From: Enoplolaimus lenunculus | Taxonomy: Eukaryota | Assembly (NCBI GenBank): GCA_030248215.1 | Contig: JASANG010002509.1 | Location: 248,001 to 312,000, forward strand | Direction of reading: 5' to 3' | DNA: 64,000 bases | Shown here: one piece after another, positions 37,756 to 50,363 of the stretch | How the letters are laid out: every line of letters starts with the position of its first letter | Numbering within the stretch: position 1 is the first letter of the stretch | The notes under the pieces: generated by a model | What the model was told of the DNA's origin: nothing | The model's input: only the letters and a program-made list of their open reading frames with translations | The model's database searches: none | Program-made: the position numbers and the translations under genes

Positions 37756-40700
37756 GGCCCATATAAAGAACAGGGTCGGAACTGTAGTATAAGCTTTAGA
37801 TATAGGCTCATACTTACGCTTAGGCTTAGGTTTAGGGTCGGAACTGTAGTATAAGCTTTAGATATAGGCTCATCCTTACGCTTAGGCTTAGGCTTAGGGT
37901 CGAAACGGTAGTATAAGCTTTAGATATAGGCTCATCCTTACGCTTAGGCTTAGGCTTAGGGTCGGAACTGTAGTATAAGCTTTAGATATAGGCTCATCCT
38001 TACGCTTAGGCTTAGGCTTAGGGGCGGAACTGTAGTATAAGCTTTAGATATAGGCTCATCCTTACGCTTAGGCTTAGGCTTAGGATCGGAACTGTAGTAT
38101 AAGCTTTAGATATAGGCTCATCCTTACGCTTAGGCTTAGGCTTAGGGTCGAAACTGTAGTATAAGCTTTAGATATAGGCTCATCCTTACGCTTAGGCTTA
38201 GGCTTAGGCTTAGGGTCGGAACTGTAGTATAAACTTTAGATATAGGCTCATCCTTACGCTTAGGCTTAGGGTCGGAACTGTAGTACAAGCTTTAGATATA
38301 GGCTCATCCTTACGCTTAGGCTTAGGCTTAGGCTTAGGGTCGGAACTGTAGTATAAGCTTTAGATATAGGCTCATCCTTACGCTTAGGCTTAGGCTTAGG
38401 GTCGGAACTGTAGTATAAGCTTTAGATATAGGCTCATCCTTACGCTTAGGCTTAGGCTTAGGGTCGGAACTGTAGTATAAGCTTTAGATATAGGCTCATC
38501 CTTACGCTTAGGCTTAGGCTTAGGGTCGAAACTGTAGTATAAGCTTTAGATATAGGCTCATCCTTACGCTTAGGCTTAGGCTTAGGGTCGGAACTGTAGT
38601 ATAAGCTTTAGATATAGGCTCTCCTTACGCTTAGGCTTAGGCTTTACTCCCTAGTGCTTTAGATATAGGCTCATCCTTACGTCTTCTTAGTATAAGCTTT
38701 AGATATAGGCTCATCCTTACGCTTAGGCTTAGGCTTAGGGTCGGAACTGTAGTATAAGCTTTAGATATAGGCTCGTCCTTACGCTTAGGCTTAGGCTTAG
38801 GGTCGAAACTGTAGTATAAGCTTTAGATATAGGCTCATCCTTACGCTTAGGCTTAGGCTTAGGGTCGATGTAGTATAAGCTTTAGATATAGGCTCATCCT
38901 ACGCTTAGGCTTAGGTTAGCCACCCCCGCTTAGGTTAGCCTTAGATATAGGCTCATCCTTACGCTTAGGCTTAGGCTTAGGGTGGAACTGTAGTATAAGC
39001 TTTAGATATAGGCTCATCCTTACGCTTAGGCTTAGGCTTAGGGTCGGAACTGTAGTATAGCTTTATTGCTCATCTTACGCTTAGGCTTAGGCTTAGGATT
39101 AGTATAAGCTTAGATATAGGCTCATCCTTACGCTTAGGCTTAGGCTTAGGGCTTCGGAACTGTAGTATAAGCTTTAGATAAGCCATCTTACGCTTAGGCT
39201 TTTATATTATTAGCTTTAGATATAGGCTCATCCTTACGCTTAGGCTTAGGCTTAGGGTCGGAACTGTAGTATAAGCTTTAGATATAGGCTCATCCTTACG
39301 CTTAGGCTTAGGCTTAGGGTCGAAACTGTAGTATAAGCTTTAGATATAGGCTCATCCTTACGCTTAGGCTTAGGCTTAGATAGGCTCATCCTTAGCTTAG
39401 GTTAGGGGGATGTAGTAGTTTAGATATAGGCTCATCCTTACGCTTAGGCTTAGGCTTAGGGTCGGATGTAGTATAAGCTTTAGATATAGGCTCATCCTTA
39501 CGCTTAGGCTTAGGCTTAGGGTGTTAGTATAGGCTCTTCCGTTAGGCTTAGGCTTAGATATAGGCTCTTCTACGCTTAGGCTTAGGCATGTAGTAGCTTT
39601 AGATATAGGCTCGTCCTTACGCTTAGGCTTAGGCTTAGGGTCGAAACTGTAGTATAAGCTTTAGATATAGGCTCATCCTTACGCTTAGGCTTAGGCTTAG
39701 GGTCGAAACTGTAGTATAAGCTTTAGATATAGGCTCATCCTTACGCTTAGGCTTAGGCTTAGGGTCGGAACTGTAGTATAAGCTTTAGATATAGGCTCAT
39801 CCTTACGCTTAGGCTTAGGCTTAGGGTCGGAACTGTAGTATAAGCTTTAGATATAGGCTCATCCTTACGCTTAGGCTTAGGCTTAGGGTCGAAACTGTAG
39901 TATAAGCTTTAGATATAGGCTCATCCTTACGCTTAGGCTTAGGCTTAGGGTCGGAACTGTAGTATAAGCTTTAGATATAGGCTCATCCTTACGCTTAGGC
40001 TTAGGCTTAGGGTCGAAACTGTAGTATAAGCTTTAGATATAGGCTCATCCTTACGCTTAGGCTTAGGCTTAGGGTCGGAACTGTAGTATAAGCTTTAGAT
40101 ATAGGCTCATCCTTACGCTTAGGCTTAGGCTTAGGGTCGAAACTGTAGTATAAGCTTTAGATATAGGCTCATCCTTACGCTTAGGCTTAGGCTTAGGGTC
40201 GGAACTGTAGTATAAGCTTTAGATAAAGGCTCATCCTTACGCTTAGGCTTAGGCTTAGGATCGGAACTGTAGTATAAGCTTTAGATATAGGCTCATCCTT
40301 ACGCTTAGGCTTAGGCTTAGGATCGGAACTGTAGTATAAGCTTTAGATATAGGCTCATCCTTACGCTTAGGCTTAGGCTTAGGCCTAGGGTCGGAACTGT
40401 AGTATAAGCTTTAGATATAGGCTCATCCTTACGCTTAGGCTTAGGCTTAGGGTCGTAACTGTAGTATAAGCTTTAGATATAGGCTCATCCTTACGCTTAG
40501 GCTTAGGCTTAGGGTCGGAACTGTAGTATAAGCTTTAGATATAGGCTCATCCTTACGCTTAGGCTTAGGCTTAGGGTCGAAACTGTAGTATAAGCTTTAG
40601 ATATAGGCTCATCCTTACGCTTAGGCTTAGGCTTAGGCTTAGGGTCGGAACTGTAGTATAAGCTTTAGATATAGGCTCATCCTTACGCTTAGGCTTAGGG

Positions 40701-41984
40701 TCGGAACTGTAGTACAAGCTTTAGATATAGGCTCATCCTTACGCTTAGGCTTAGGCTTAGGCTTAGGGTCGGAACTGTAGTATAAGCTTTAGATATAGGC
40801 TCATCCTTACGCTTAGGCTTATGCGGGGTTCACGTTACCGATTGTGCGCTTGGGACCTGTTATGTCACATACCCATAGCAGGATGTAGAAACAACCTATA
40901 TGAATAGGTTGCTAGCTAGCTACTACCCATATGGGTACTTACGTATGTAGCTATGGGTAGCTAATCTTGGTTTGTTACATATGGGTACTTGCGTTTGTTT
41001 TAACAATATTTATAGTTTGCGTAATTTTTTAGATTTTTCCAAAGATATATTGTAAAAAAAGACTAAAACAGAGTTGTAAAACAAAACTATGTATGAGCGT
41101 TTTAAAGAGAAGCTGAAAGTGCATTATGTTGACATTATATAGGCAAGAGTAGACATTTGACTTACATATGGGTAGGTCAATATTTCAAAAACCTAGCTAT
41201 GTGCAACATTTTATTTTCTGTTGGTATCCATATGGGTAACAAAAAAGTTAGTGTGCACCGCTGTGGGCACAGTGACAAAACAGGTACCAAGCGCACAATT
41301 GGTAACGTGAACTCCGCATTAGGCTTAGGGTCGGAATTGTAGTATAAGCTTTAGATATAGGCTCATCCTTACGCTTAGGCTTAGGCTTAGGGTCGGAACT
41401 GTAGTATAAGCTTTAGATATAGGCTCATCCTTACGCTTAGGCTTAGGCTTAGGGTCGGAACTGTAGTATAAGCTTTAGATATAGGCTCATCCTTACGCTT
41501 AGGCTTAGGCTTAGGGTCGGAACTGTAGTATAAGCTTTAGATATAGGCTCATCCTTACGCTTAGGCTTAGGCTTAGGGTCGGAATTGTAGTATAAGCTTT
41601 AGATATAGGCTCATCCTTACGCTTAGGCTTAGGCTTAGGGTCGGAACTGTAGTATAAGCTTTAGATATAGGCTCATCCTTACGCTTAGGCATAGGCTTAG
41701 GGTCGGAACTGTAGTATAAGCTTTAGATATAGGCTCATCCTTACGCTTAGGCTTAGGCTTAGGGTCGGAACTGTAGTATAAGCTTTAGATATAGGCTCAT
41801 CCTTACGCTTAGGCTTAGGCTTAGGGTCGGAACTGTAGTATAAGCTTTAGATATAGGCTCATCCTTACGCTTAGGCTTAGGCTTAGGAATCCTAAGCCTA
41901 AGCCTAAAGCAAAAAGGTTAATCTAAAGCTTACTCTATTACAGTACCGCAGAAAAACGTTGCGGTCCTGTTCAATGCATTGGCC
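37756..41984. repeat. 62-bp telomeric-repeat satellite (about 58 units) enclosed by MITE termini
   Basis: Unit GGGTCGGAACTGTAGTATAAGCTTTAGATATAGGCTCATCCTTACGCTTAGGCTTAGGCTTA (56/62/68-bp variants by TTAGGC number); left end GGCCCATATAAAGAACAGGG, right end CCTGTTCAATGCATTGGCC. Confidence 0.95.
40822..41318. mobile_element. 497-bp TIR element with TTA TSD (PIF/Harbinger-like MITE) inserted in the satellite
   Basis: About 40-bp TIRs TGCGGGGTTCACGTTACCGATTGTGCGCTTGGGACCTGTT / AACAGGTACCAAGCGCACAATTGGTAACGTGAACTCCGCA; flanked by TTA on both sides within GGC-TTA-GGC. Confidence 0.85.
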
Positions 41985-42785
41985 GATTTTTTTTTCATTT
42001 TACCAAAGCACACATTAACGTAGAACGGAAGCCGTTTTGGCTCTAGCACACTTTTAGTAATCTAATGAAAACAGTTTGTTTTATAGATTTCGACGTACTG
42101 AGTTCAATGGTACTTTTTACAAAGCTGTACGACCACTGGTTCAAAAGTTATGGCCCTTTAAACTTCACCTTTCATTATATAAAACATGTACAAACACCAA
42201 CCAATTTTGCAAAACGAATAAATCTGTGCGACTGATATATACTTCCTCTTCCAATCTGTGAGCGTTTGCACTTTAATTTCAAAGGTCATAACTTTTGAAC
42301 GGTTGGTAATGCAGCCATAAATATGGTAACGTTGAACTCAGCTCGTCGTGAGCTATAGGATAGGCTACTTTTTGTTAAATTCCTAGCAGGGTCCACATTC
42401 CGTACCTCCGTTAGGTTTAGCTCTGGAGTGGATGGGTGTGTACAAGAGCTTGTGTCTTTGTCTAGTCGATCCGATTCAACGCTAATGTCGTCGACCGCCG
42501 GTCTGAAATTGTGGCTGGTAGCTGGTGGATTCGATTGTCAACGTACATACATATGTTTCGAATACTGACCACTTGTTACTTAAAACAATAGGCTTGCTGA
42601 ATAAAATATGATTTTCGGTGCTTTTATAAAGTTATTTTATTAATTTTAAGTTTGGTTGATTAAAAATTGTGCAAAAACTAACGCAAGCTAACAAAAATTA
42701 ACCTTCTGAGTAATGCCGGGTAGCGAATGTCGTACAACGATTCAACAGAAAACGGTTTCGCGAAAGTTTCAGTGTTGCGTTTTTT

Positions 42786-43505
42786 GGTCAATGTAAAGAT
42801 CAGAGACGGAACGTTTTTCTCTGGGACTGCAATAGAGTAAAGCTTAAAGCTTTAGACTAATTTTTTTGCTTAGACTTAGGTATAAACTCATTGTTACGCG
42901 TAGGTTTAGGAATATGGTTTACTACAGGTATGGCCGGCCCTGTTCTGTACATAAGCTTGTTTTTGTTACCAAAATTAAAAAATTTATTTTCGCCTGTCAT
43001 TTGACATACTTTCAAGCGTGAGTGCGAACACAGATGCCAAATACAATTTTAGTGCTTGGTCTAAAATTCAAATTTTTGATATTTTGTCTCAATCAGGTAC
43101 TTAGCATATCTCGAATCACTGTTTGGTTACAGTGTTCTGGATATGGTCACTATTTCTGGATTCTTTCCCCATCTGTTTTCAAATTATTTAAATTTAAATT
43201 TAAACGTGTAGCATATAAAAAAAGTGGTTTGGTAACAAGTCCGTTTTCAGATAAGGTAGTACTGTACCAGGTATAAGCCTTCGTGTTTTCGGCCCATGTA
43301 AACATTAGGGGCGGAACGCTTTCCTGTGGGACTAGAAAAGTGTAAACTTAAGCTTTTGACTAATTTTTTTTGCTCGGCTTAGGCTTAGGCTTACACTTAG
43401 AAATATACACATCCTCATGCTTGGGCTTAGGCTTAGGCTTAGGCTTAGGCTTAGGCTTAGGAATACGCTTATAATACTGTTCCGCCCATGTTCTTTACAT
43501 TGGCC
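42786..43505. mobile_element. Two telomeric-repeat MITE copies (about 42786-42957 and 43291-43505)
   Basis: Family termini; second copy contains a run of about five TTAGGC. Confidence 0.78.
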
Positions 43506-44155
43506 GTTTTTTTTCTAACGTTTTCTTAGTAGTCCACTACTGGGCATTGGTTTAAAGGTAATCTGTACAGTATATATTTAAACACGGATCAGTGGTAACA
43601 GCGCGCGCCCGCAGCCAAGATGGGCCAGGGGGCGCTCAGTCCCCTATAAAAATTTGGACCCCCCTAGAAAATATTGATCCTTGCTTGTAAGTCATTAAAA
43701 GCCCTTGAATGCCCTCTGTAAAATTTTTTAGCCCCCTAGCAAGGTGAGCTAATTACTGGTATACAACAGCACCGGTGGATACCTATTTTTGCTTCGGAAA
43801 ATTTTGCATACGAAACAAACATAGAAATAGGAATATGAAATCAGTTTTAAGGTTTTATCTACCTTAGTTCGTTTTAAGCATTATACCTTTACGCCGCTAC
43901 GAATGTGATCCTTCGATCAGTTCCTGCGTCCTTAAAAGGTACCACTGTATTTCTATGCTTGTAACCAAAATTACTATCATACTTTTATGTTGAGGTTGAC
44001 CAAACGCGGGTAGTTTATAACAATTTCCATAAAGTAAAATACAGCTTGTCTTGTTGTCCGTCCGACTTACGGCCGCAAAATGATTTTTCCGTGTTGTTTT
44101 TCAGCCAGAGAGTATTTGTTTACAAAACAGGAAACGCCGTTTTAACCAGTCATAT

Positions 44156-44336
44156 GGCCAATGTTAGTTTTAGGGGGAGTAACAGTAGATAAAGCGCATT
44201 CCTAAGCCTAAGTCTCAGCGTTGCAAAAGCGTATTCCTAAACCTAAGCCTAAACAAAAAAATGTAATCTAGCATTTATACCTACTCATTTATAGACCCAC
44301 CAGAAACCTGGACGCCCCTTAAAGTAACGATGGGCC
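44156..44336. mobile_element. Telomeric-repeat MITE, subfamily B
   Basis: GGCC termini; TSD AGTCATAT / AGTCGTAT. Confidence 0.85.
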
Positions 44337-46972
44337 AGTCGTATTTTGAAACCGAGTTACCCGGATGTAAAATTTCAACGGTTCCGGTGTTCGAGAAACC
44401 AAAATAGGTCATAGCTTAAACGTAAGAAGTGAAATTGAAGTTAAAAATGGAATTTAAAGTTGGCGTTTATTTGAAAAGTTTCGGAAATATGAACTTCTTA
44501 AACACTTGAATGGTGACCTGAAATTTCACCATTTGTTTACCAGTTTATGCGGTTTGAAACCGTCCAAGAAAAATGCCGTTTCAGAGCTAAGGTCATTGGC
44601 TCGTCTGCTAGCTAAATGATATGGTTTCTAAAACAGTATCATGGGTTCCGCTAGAATATTTTGTTGGGGTGTGTCAACATTAGCTTGGAGGAAAACGTAA
44701 ATACCTCGGTGACAGTATTCGACCTTTGAGCAATATTTTTATTCTATATGCATTCTTACATGAAAATTGTTTCGCAAACCAAAAGAATACACGTGTACCT
44801 CTTGAAGATGCGTTCCGGCCAGGGACGTATACAACGAGATGGACAGACGAAATATATTCCGTTTTGAAATTTCAGACAGGTACCATGAAAGTACTTTTAA
44901 CTGGTTTCAGAAACCGTTCGGATCGTTAGATAATACAAGTTTGCTTTAAATGACGTCATATCCACCCAAAATGCAATTCTGGCTATACGTCTTTGGCTTC
45001 ATGGTCACGTCATATCCTTCCGAAATGAAATTCTGGCTGTACGTCTGTGGCCGCATGTCCAGTAAGCGATGGACAATTGTCAACCAATAGAAAGTTTAGG
45101 GTTTGACCACAATGAGTTCGTGCTATTTTGTAGCTAAACAGCAGACTATGACCACAAGACAGCAAAGCTAAAATCACCCCAAAATTCACGGCTTTGGTTG
45201 CGTTTATTATTTACAGTTAAATACTGCATCAGTATTCATTTTAAATTTGCTTGGCCAATCATCAGTATCGGAACAGACAGGCTTGGGCGCTGCCCCCCAA
45301 ACTCGCGAGCGAAGCGTACAAGAAACCAGACGCATTTTGAAACTTCAGCGGTTTTTGTTTCAACCGGTTACGGCGGGGGCTCTTTTGGGGATGATGTCCC
45401 TTCAAATGGCGGGTATGGGGTTGGCTGCTCCGTCCCTAATTATCATATCACTATGTTTCGAAATAGTGTTGCCCTGGTTCAAAAGTTACATGGTCATCTA
45501 TAAGTTTACCTGATCCCAAGGTCAAACTGATTGTTTCGATCTATTTTTTCGGTCATATCGCAAACATATATTTTGATTGTGGCGGCAAAAAATTTAATGA
45601 GTTAGCTGAACAAATTTGCCAATTTTTACTCTACGTAAAACCTATCTTAAAGAGCCAAGGGAACGCAGTTGCACCAGCCGGTACGTTCGTGCCGGTGGCT
45701 ATGGCTGGCAGTAAAAACGGCTCGATACCAATTATTAAATTTAGCCGAACGGAACAATTTGTTTGAATTTTTTTTGGTTTCGCGTTACACACTTGATTCA
45801 ATAATATCCATTGAGCAACGCTTATAAATTAAGTTAAAAAAGTTTTAAGCGTTTGAAACTTTGTGCAAAATGCGTCGTGGCTATTTTTGAGCTTAGGAAT
45901 GTTAGCAATACATGCGGGGTTGTTGGTTCTTTTAGTGGTGTTTGCCAGTAAAATTTGAATCGCATAGCGGCATCAGTAATTGAGTTATATGCGAATGTGT
46001 AATGTTTGCTTCATATTATGCAAGAAATGTGAGGGTAAACAAAACGAAAACCTGGGTTTGCATTTGTGCGAATACTGAAAGCGCAAAAGGGAGTTTATTT
46101 AAATTTCTCGTTAAAAAACTGCCTTTGTAAGCCTTTAGAATAACGTTTCGGATCATAGAGTGTGAAATTGTCCTGATTGTATAATACGCTTATTCAGGCC
46201 AGTTACCAATTGGCCAAGGCAAATCTGCTATTTGAAGCAAATAGCAGTTTGGCCACGGCCAATTTGCGATTGTGAAATCTCGCATAACAACAGTGATGTA
46301 ATACCAACGCTGACTGGTTGCCGGTATTGCGTGTGTCCAAATATTCAAATCTGATTGGCCCATAAGTTCAATAGCAGTTTAGCCCAGGCCATACTGCTAT
46401 TACATAAATTAGCAGGTTTGTCTAGACCAATTAGCAGATTGACCTACGACATATACATTGTTTCAAAGTCTTCTGTAAAAGCGTTATATCTTTTCCTACA
46501 AAAACAGTCAAACCCTAAATCTTCGTTCTGGTAATTTCTGGCAAATTCATGTTATGAAGTTTCAATCTGGTACTGAGTACTAAGTTCAAGGTTAATACTT
46601 TAACTGATTTCACGTTTGGTTTAGGCTTAAACTTTAATAGTAAAGCAATTATTTTTGTAAGTTCTGCAGACGCCAGAACAGAACAGTGGCACTGCATGTG
46701 AATTGGAACCAAACGAACCACTAATCTGTTATGTGTACGGGCATAGTCAGGATTTCAATTCGGGTAGCGTATAAGGTGCCCTACTCATGTATAATTTTTT
46801 ACTTCCAAGATCTATAAAAGGTTATTATATACTCTGTTAATAGTTCTGTATTTCTCGTCTGTACAGATAATTCCGGGAGGACATATTTATTCCCTATCTC
46901 TCCCCTTTTATACACTCCTATTAATAGGATTGTTTAAGTAACGAAATAACACAAATTTCAAGTCGGTTGCAC

Positions 46973-47331
46973 CAAGAGTGGATGATCACTCTTTTTAACA
47001 AGAGTGTGCAACATAACAAGAGTGTACAACTGGGTAGATTCTGTGTAGAAAAGAATGTGCCCGACACGCGTTGCGTCGTTTTTTGTCAACCCCACTTATT
47101 TAAGGGGGTGTCAAATTTGACAATTTTTCAATTTTACCCGTTGAAATATTGCAGTTATAAACTAATTCCGTTTTTAATTTTAAAACCATGCGCATTCTAC
47201 ACGTCAAACATCAACTACCCCCTGTAAATAAGGGAGGGGGGCCGGCCAAAAATGCAACGCCCGGTGGTACATTTTGTGCCACACAAATTTCGGTAGTTAC
47301 ACACTCTTGTTAGAATGATCATCCGCTCTTG
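46973..47331. mobile_element. CAAGAGTG-ended MITE with 7-bp TSD (P/Galileo-like); relatives at 11047-11357 and 32396-about 32645
   Basis: TIR CAAGAGTGGATGATCA / TGATCATCCGCTCTTG; TSD GTTGCAC / GTTGTAC. Confidence 0.8.
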
Positions 47332-49227
47332 GTTGTACCGATCGAAGTCCGTTTGTTTGTTCTATTCAATCTGTTAAATTTTTGCCAAAAACAGATTAAT
47401 AGGCTATTTTACAGTTTTAACACTGACTTCAGCTTACTAGATAAAAATACAAGCATTGTCTTTAAATCTCATATCCTGCATTAATACTATAATATCGGAA
47501 ACGTTATCGTAACATAACCAAGACATTAGCCATCAAGAGAGGCCGTTTCGTTGCCCCAGAACGCCTTACTCGTATCAGTGTTACGAGTTGTGAAACCAAC
47601 TATTAACCAGCACCATGGACCTTCTTCAAATGCTACGCCCACCCTATGTTGAGTTGGCTATCGGCGTTCGTTTGGCGAAATTACTTTCAAATTCAATCAA
47701 TTATAGTTTTGAAATAGTAACATTGTGAATCCAGTACACATTGATATAACCCAAATAGATTGAAATTTTTTTCCAATAAATTCTGACGGTAGCAGTCAGC
47801 TTTCAATAGCAAACTTTGTCAAAATTGAGTGAAATATTAAGAACATATGATAAATTAGCGGCGAACAGAAGCAAGCGAGTTGAGTGTTTAGTTTTAAGAC
47901 AAATATTATTTTAAATTTGTAAGAATTGATAATGATTGATTTTAGTAAAATTGGACGTTCTCTCTAGTTTCAGTTGTTTCAAAATTAGCGTCTTTTTTGA
48001 CTAACTCTAAAACAGTTTTAGTCCTGTCTTTGGTAGAAGACTTTGTATCGATTTTAGACCAGTCAGTTTGGACGTATTTTATTAAATTGACGCTTTCAAA
48101 CCAAAAATTATATTTGAAATAAAATTGCCAGCTTATAACCAGTTTGTGATAAGTTTTTAGGCAAACTTGGCTATTAAGTCTCTCAGTTGCGGATCTGAAC
48201 TCATTCAATTGAAATTTAGGGTCAATAGAATAAACAGGTATCGTATACGGAGACCGAACAAGAAACCAGGCGGATATTTGTGTTTAATGTCGGTCATTTT
48301 CGGGTTTTCTGGTAGGTTTCTGAATTTCACAGCTGGTATTTTTTATAAAATGAAAACACCGTATTTTGCCCAATAACCATGCTTGTAGTTGTTGCAGTTT
48401 CATGTTAGGAAGTGTAGAAATTGAAATGTAAGAAGCTACAATAGCTGTTGGAATTATGGGCGTAAGCAAGGTTTTACTTCGGGTGGCTTATAACCTGATA
48501 TAGAAATTTTGAGTAATTTATATAAGAACTCACTGTGATCTCGCCACGTCGGAGGGGCATTCAAGGGTTTTCAATGACTTACAACCAAGGTTGAAAATTT
48601 TCTAGGGGAAGCTAAAATTTTTCCACGGTGGGCTGAGCCCTCCCCCCTTGGCCCTTTTTTGCCTACGGGCCCGGATCTCGCCGACCCAGAAGGTTAATTT
48701 AAATGGTCAATGTTGTTTTGTCTTTCTAAAAATGTGGTTTGTTTTGTCACTAGAAATTTCGGTGGGATATATCTGTTTATCTTCCATTTGTGTACAGTCC
48801 TAATTTAACCTAATGGTGCGTAGCAAAATGGGGACAGACGGAACAGTCCCTCTGCAAAAATCCCCCCGTAGAAAATTTTCAACCTTGCTTGTTAGTCATT
48901 GAAAACTCTTGTAATGCCTCTCCAGAAAAATGTTTTACTCTCCGTGCAAGGTGAGCTGGTTACAGGTCTGTTAAACTATCGATTGACCTGGATATGTCGA
49001 CTACACCAGTAGTCGATTTATGGTAGCTTGATAGCGCGGCCGTCATCGTTTGTAATAACTTAATAGCATTCTACCATTAGCAAGCTAATATTAACTGAGG
49101 CATATGGCATAAATTTGGCTATTTAATAGCGCTTTATAGTTGTACATTTAGTTCAATATTGCAACTGTTTTTCCGGTTCAACAAACTGAATCGGATAAAC
49201 AGCAACGTACATTAGGCGTACAAGCTT

Positions 49228-49396
49228 CAGACCTGGAGCCAGCTCACCTTGCTAAGGGGCTAACATAGTTTTTAGGATTGCATACAAGGGTTTTTGAATG
49301 ACAATACAAGCAAGGTTGAAAATTTTCTAAGGGGGTCAAAATTTTTTGACCGGGGTGTTGCGCACCCCTTATCCTGCCCCCTTTGCTACATGTCGG
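49228..49396. mobile_element. hAT-like MITE, GCCAGCTCACC/GGCTACGGGCC family (representative; others near 8130, 11736, 18360, 29261, 35270-35581, 43607, 48545, 48835, 51743, 52490, 58130, 59120)
   Basis: Exact TSD ACAAGCTT here and GATCTCGC at 48545-48673; shared core TGACTTACAAGCAAGGTTGAAAATTTTCTA. Confidence 0.8.
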
Positions 49397-50191
49397 ACAA
49401 GCTTCAATGAGGTTTAGCTTAGTAGCGTATAAATTATTGAATTCGAAGCCAAAAAATGTCCCAAAGTCTCAGTATTCGTTATAAAAATTGTTGGTAAAAA
49501 AGCCTACGAAACAGTTTAAATCAGCTTATAAGTCATATGAATCCGGCGTATGTCCCGTGTGAAATTTGTTTAGACCTTTCTGGCACGTTGTGCTGACTAC
49601 GCACCGTTAAATACTTAAGTAATTCTTTCAATTCCGGTTTCAGCAGCTATGCGGAACAATTAAGGCACCACCGCTCGGTGGATACCCGTACCCATGCCAG
49701 GCTCCAAATTTCCACAGACACAAGGTTTGTTTTGGGTCGCAACAAAAAAAGGACCAATTGTGAGCCTTTTTTGACGACTAACAAACTTTTTAACGTAAAT
49801 GGTAGCTATGTTTTCAAAGGTTTTAACTTATAGCTCTTATATACTTTGGGCTTTCGACAGAATATTTGGTTTGGGTGAGAAAGCATGGTAGAGTGGTGAA
49901 AACATTAAATATATAAAGTTGATGTAAGCTGTAGATTTTCTGCGTATAGCGATAATCAAATTCCTACTACGTTTTATAAAATGTTTCAATTTACCTATAG
50001 ATCAAATTTTGTGTTTTCAATTTCCCACTGCTACGCTTTTTCCAAACTCAAGTTGAAAAAAGACGTTTTTGATTTCCACAAGCCGGGCGCAAATTAATGT
50101 GGATAAGACACATTATGTTACCTAAATACGCATTATTTAAGTAACTCAAGGGAGTACAGCTTCAACACTTATTTACCAGTTATAAATATGT

Positions 50192-50363
50192 GGTCAATGT
50201 TACTTTTAGGGGCGTAACAGTAGATTAAGCGTATTCATAAGCCTAAGCGTGCGTTGCAAAAATGCGTTCCTAAGCCTAATCCTAAGCAAAAAATCTAGTA
50301 TCTAAACCTACTTTTTTTATAGACCCACCACAAGCCTGGATGCCCCTTAAAGTAACATGGCAC
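50192..50363. mobile_element. Telomeric-repeat MITE, subfamily B
   Basis: GGTCAATGTTACTTT ... AAAGTAACATGGCAC; TSD AAATATGT / AAATTTGT. Confidence 0.8.

Noticed and set aside
37756..41984. CRISPR array, true telomere or telomere-fusion site
   Set aside because: Inter-repeat sequence is constant rather than unique spacers and there are no cas genes; the array lies in an intron between MITE termini and the TTAGGC/GCCTAA junction is only a few hexamers long.
44726..44929. ORF with GTYTTRWTDEIYSV, reminiscent of a Polinton integrase C-terminal motif
   Set aside because: Overlaps a probable MITE terminus (CAGGGACGTATA .. TATACGTCTTTG) and there is no integrase core nearby.
47520..47730. Possible decayed LINE reverse-transcriptase C-terminal fragment (FFKCYAHPMLSWLSAFVW)
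   Set aside because: Similarity too weak and interrupted to support without BLASTX.
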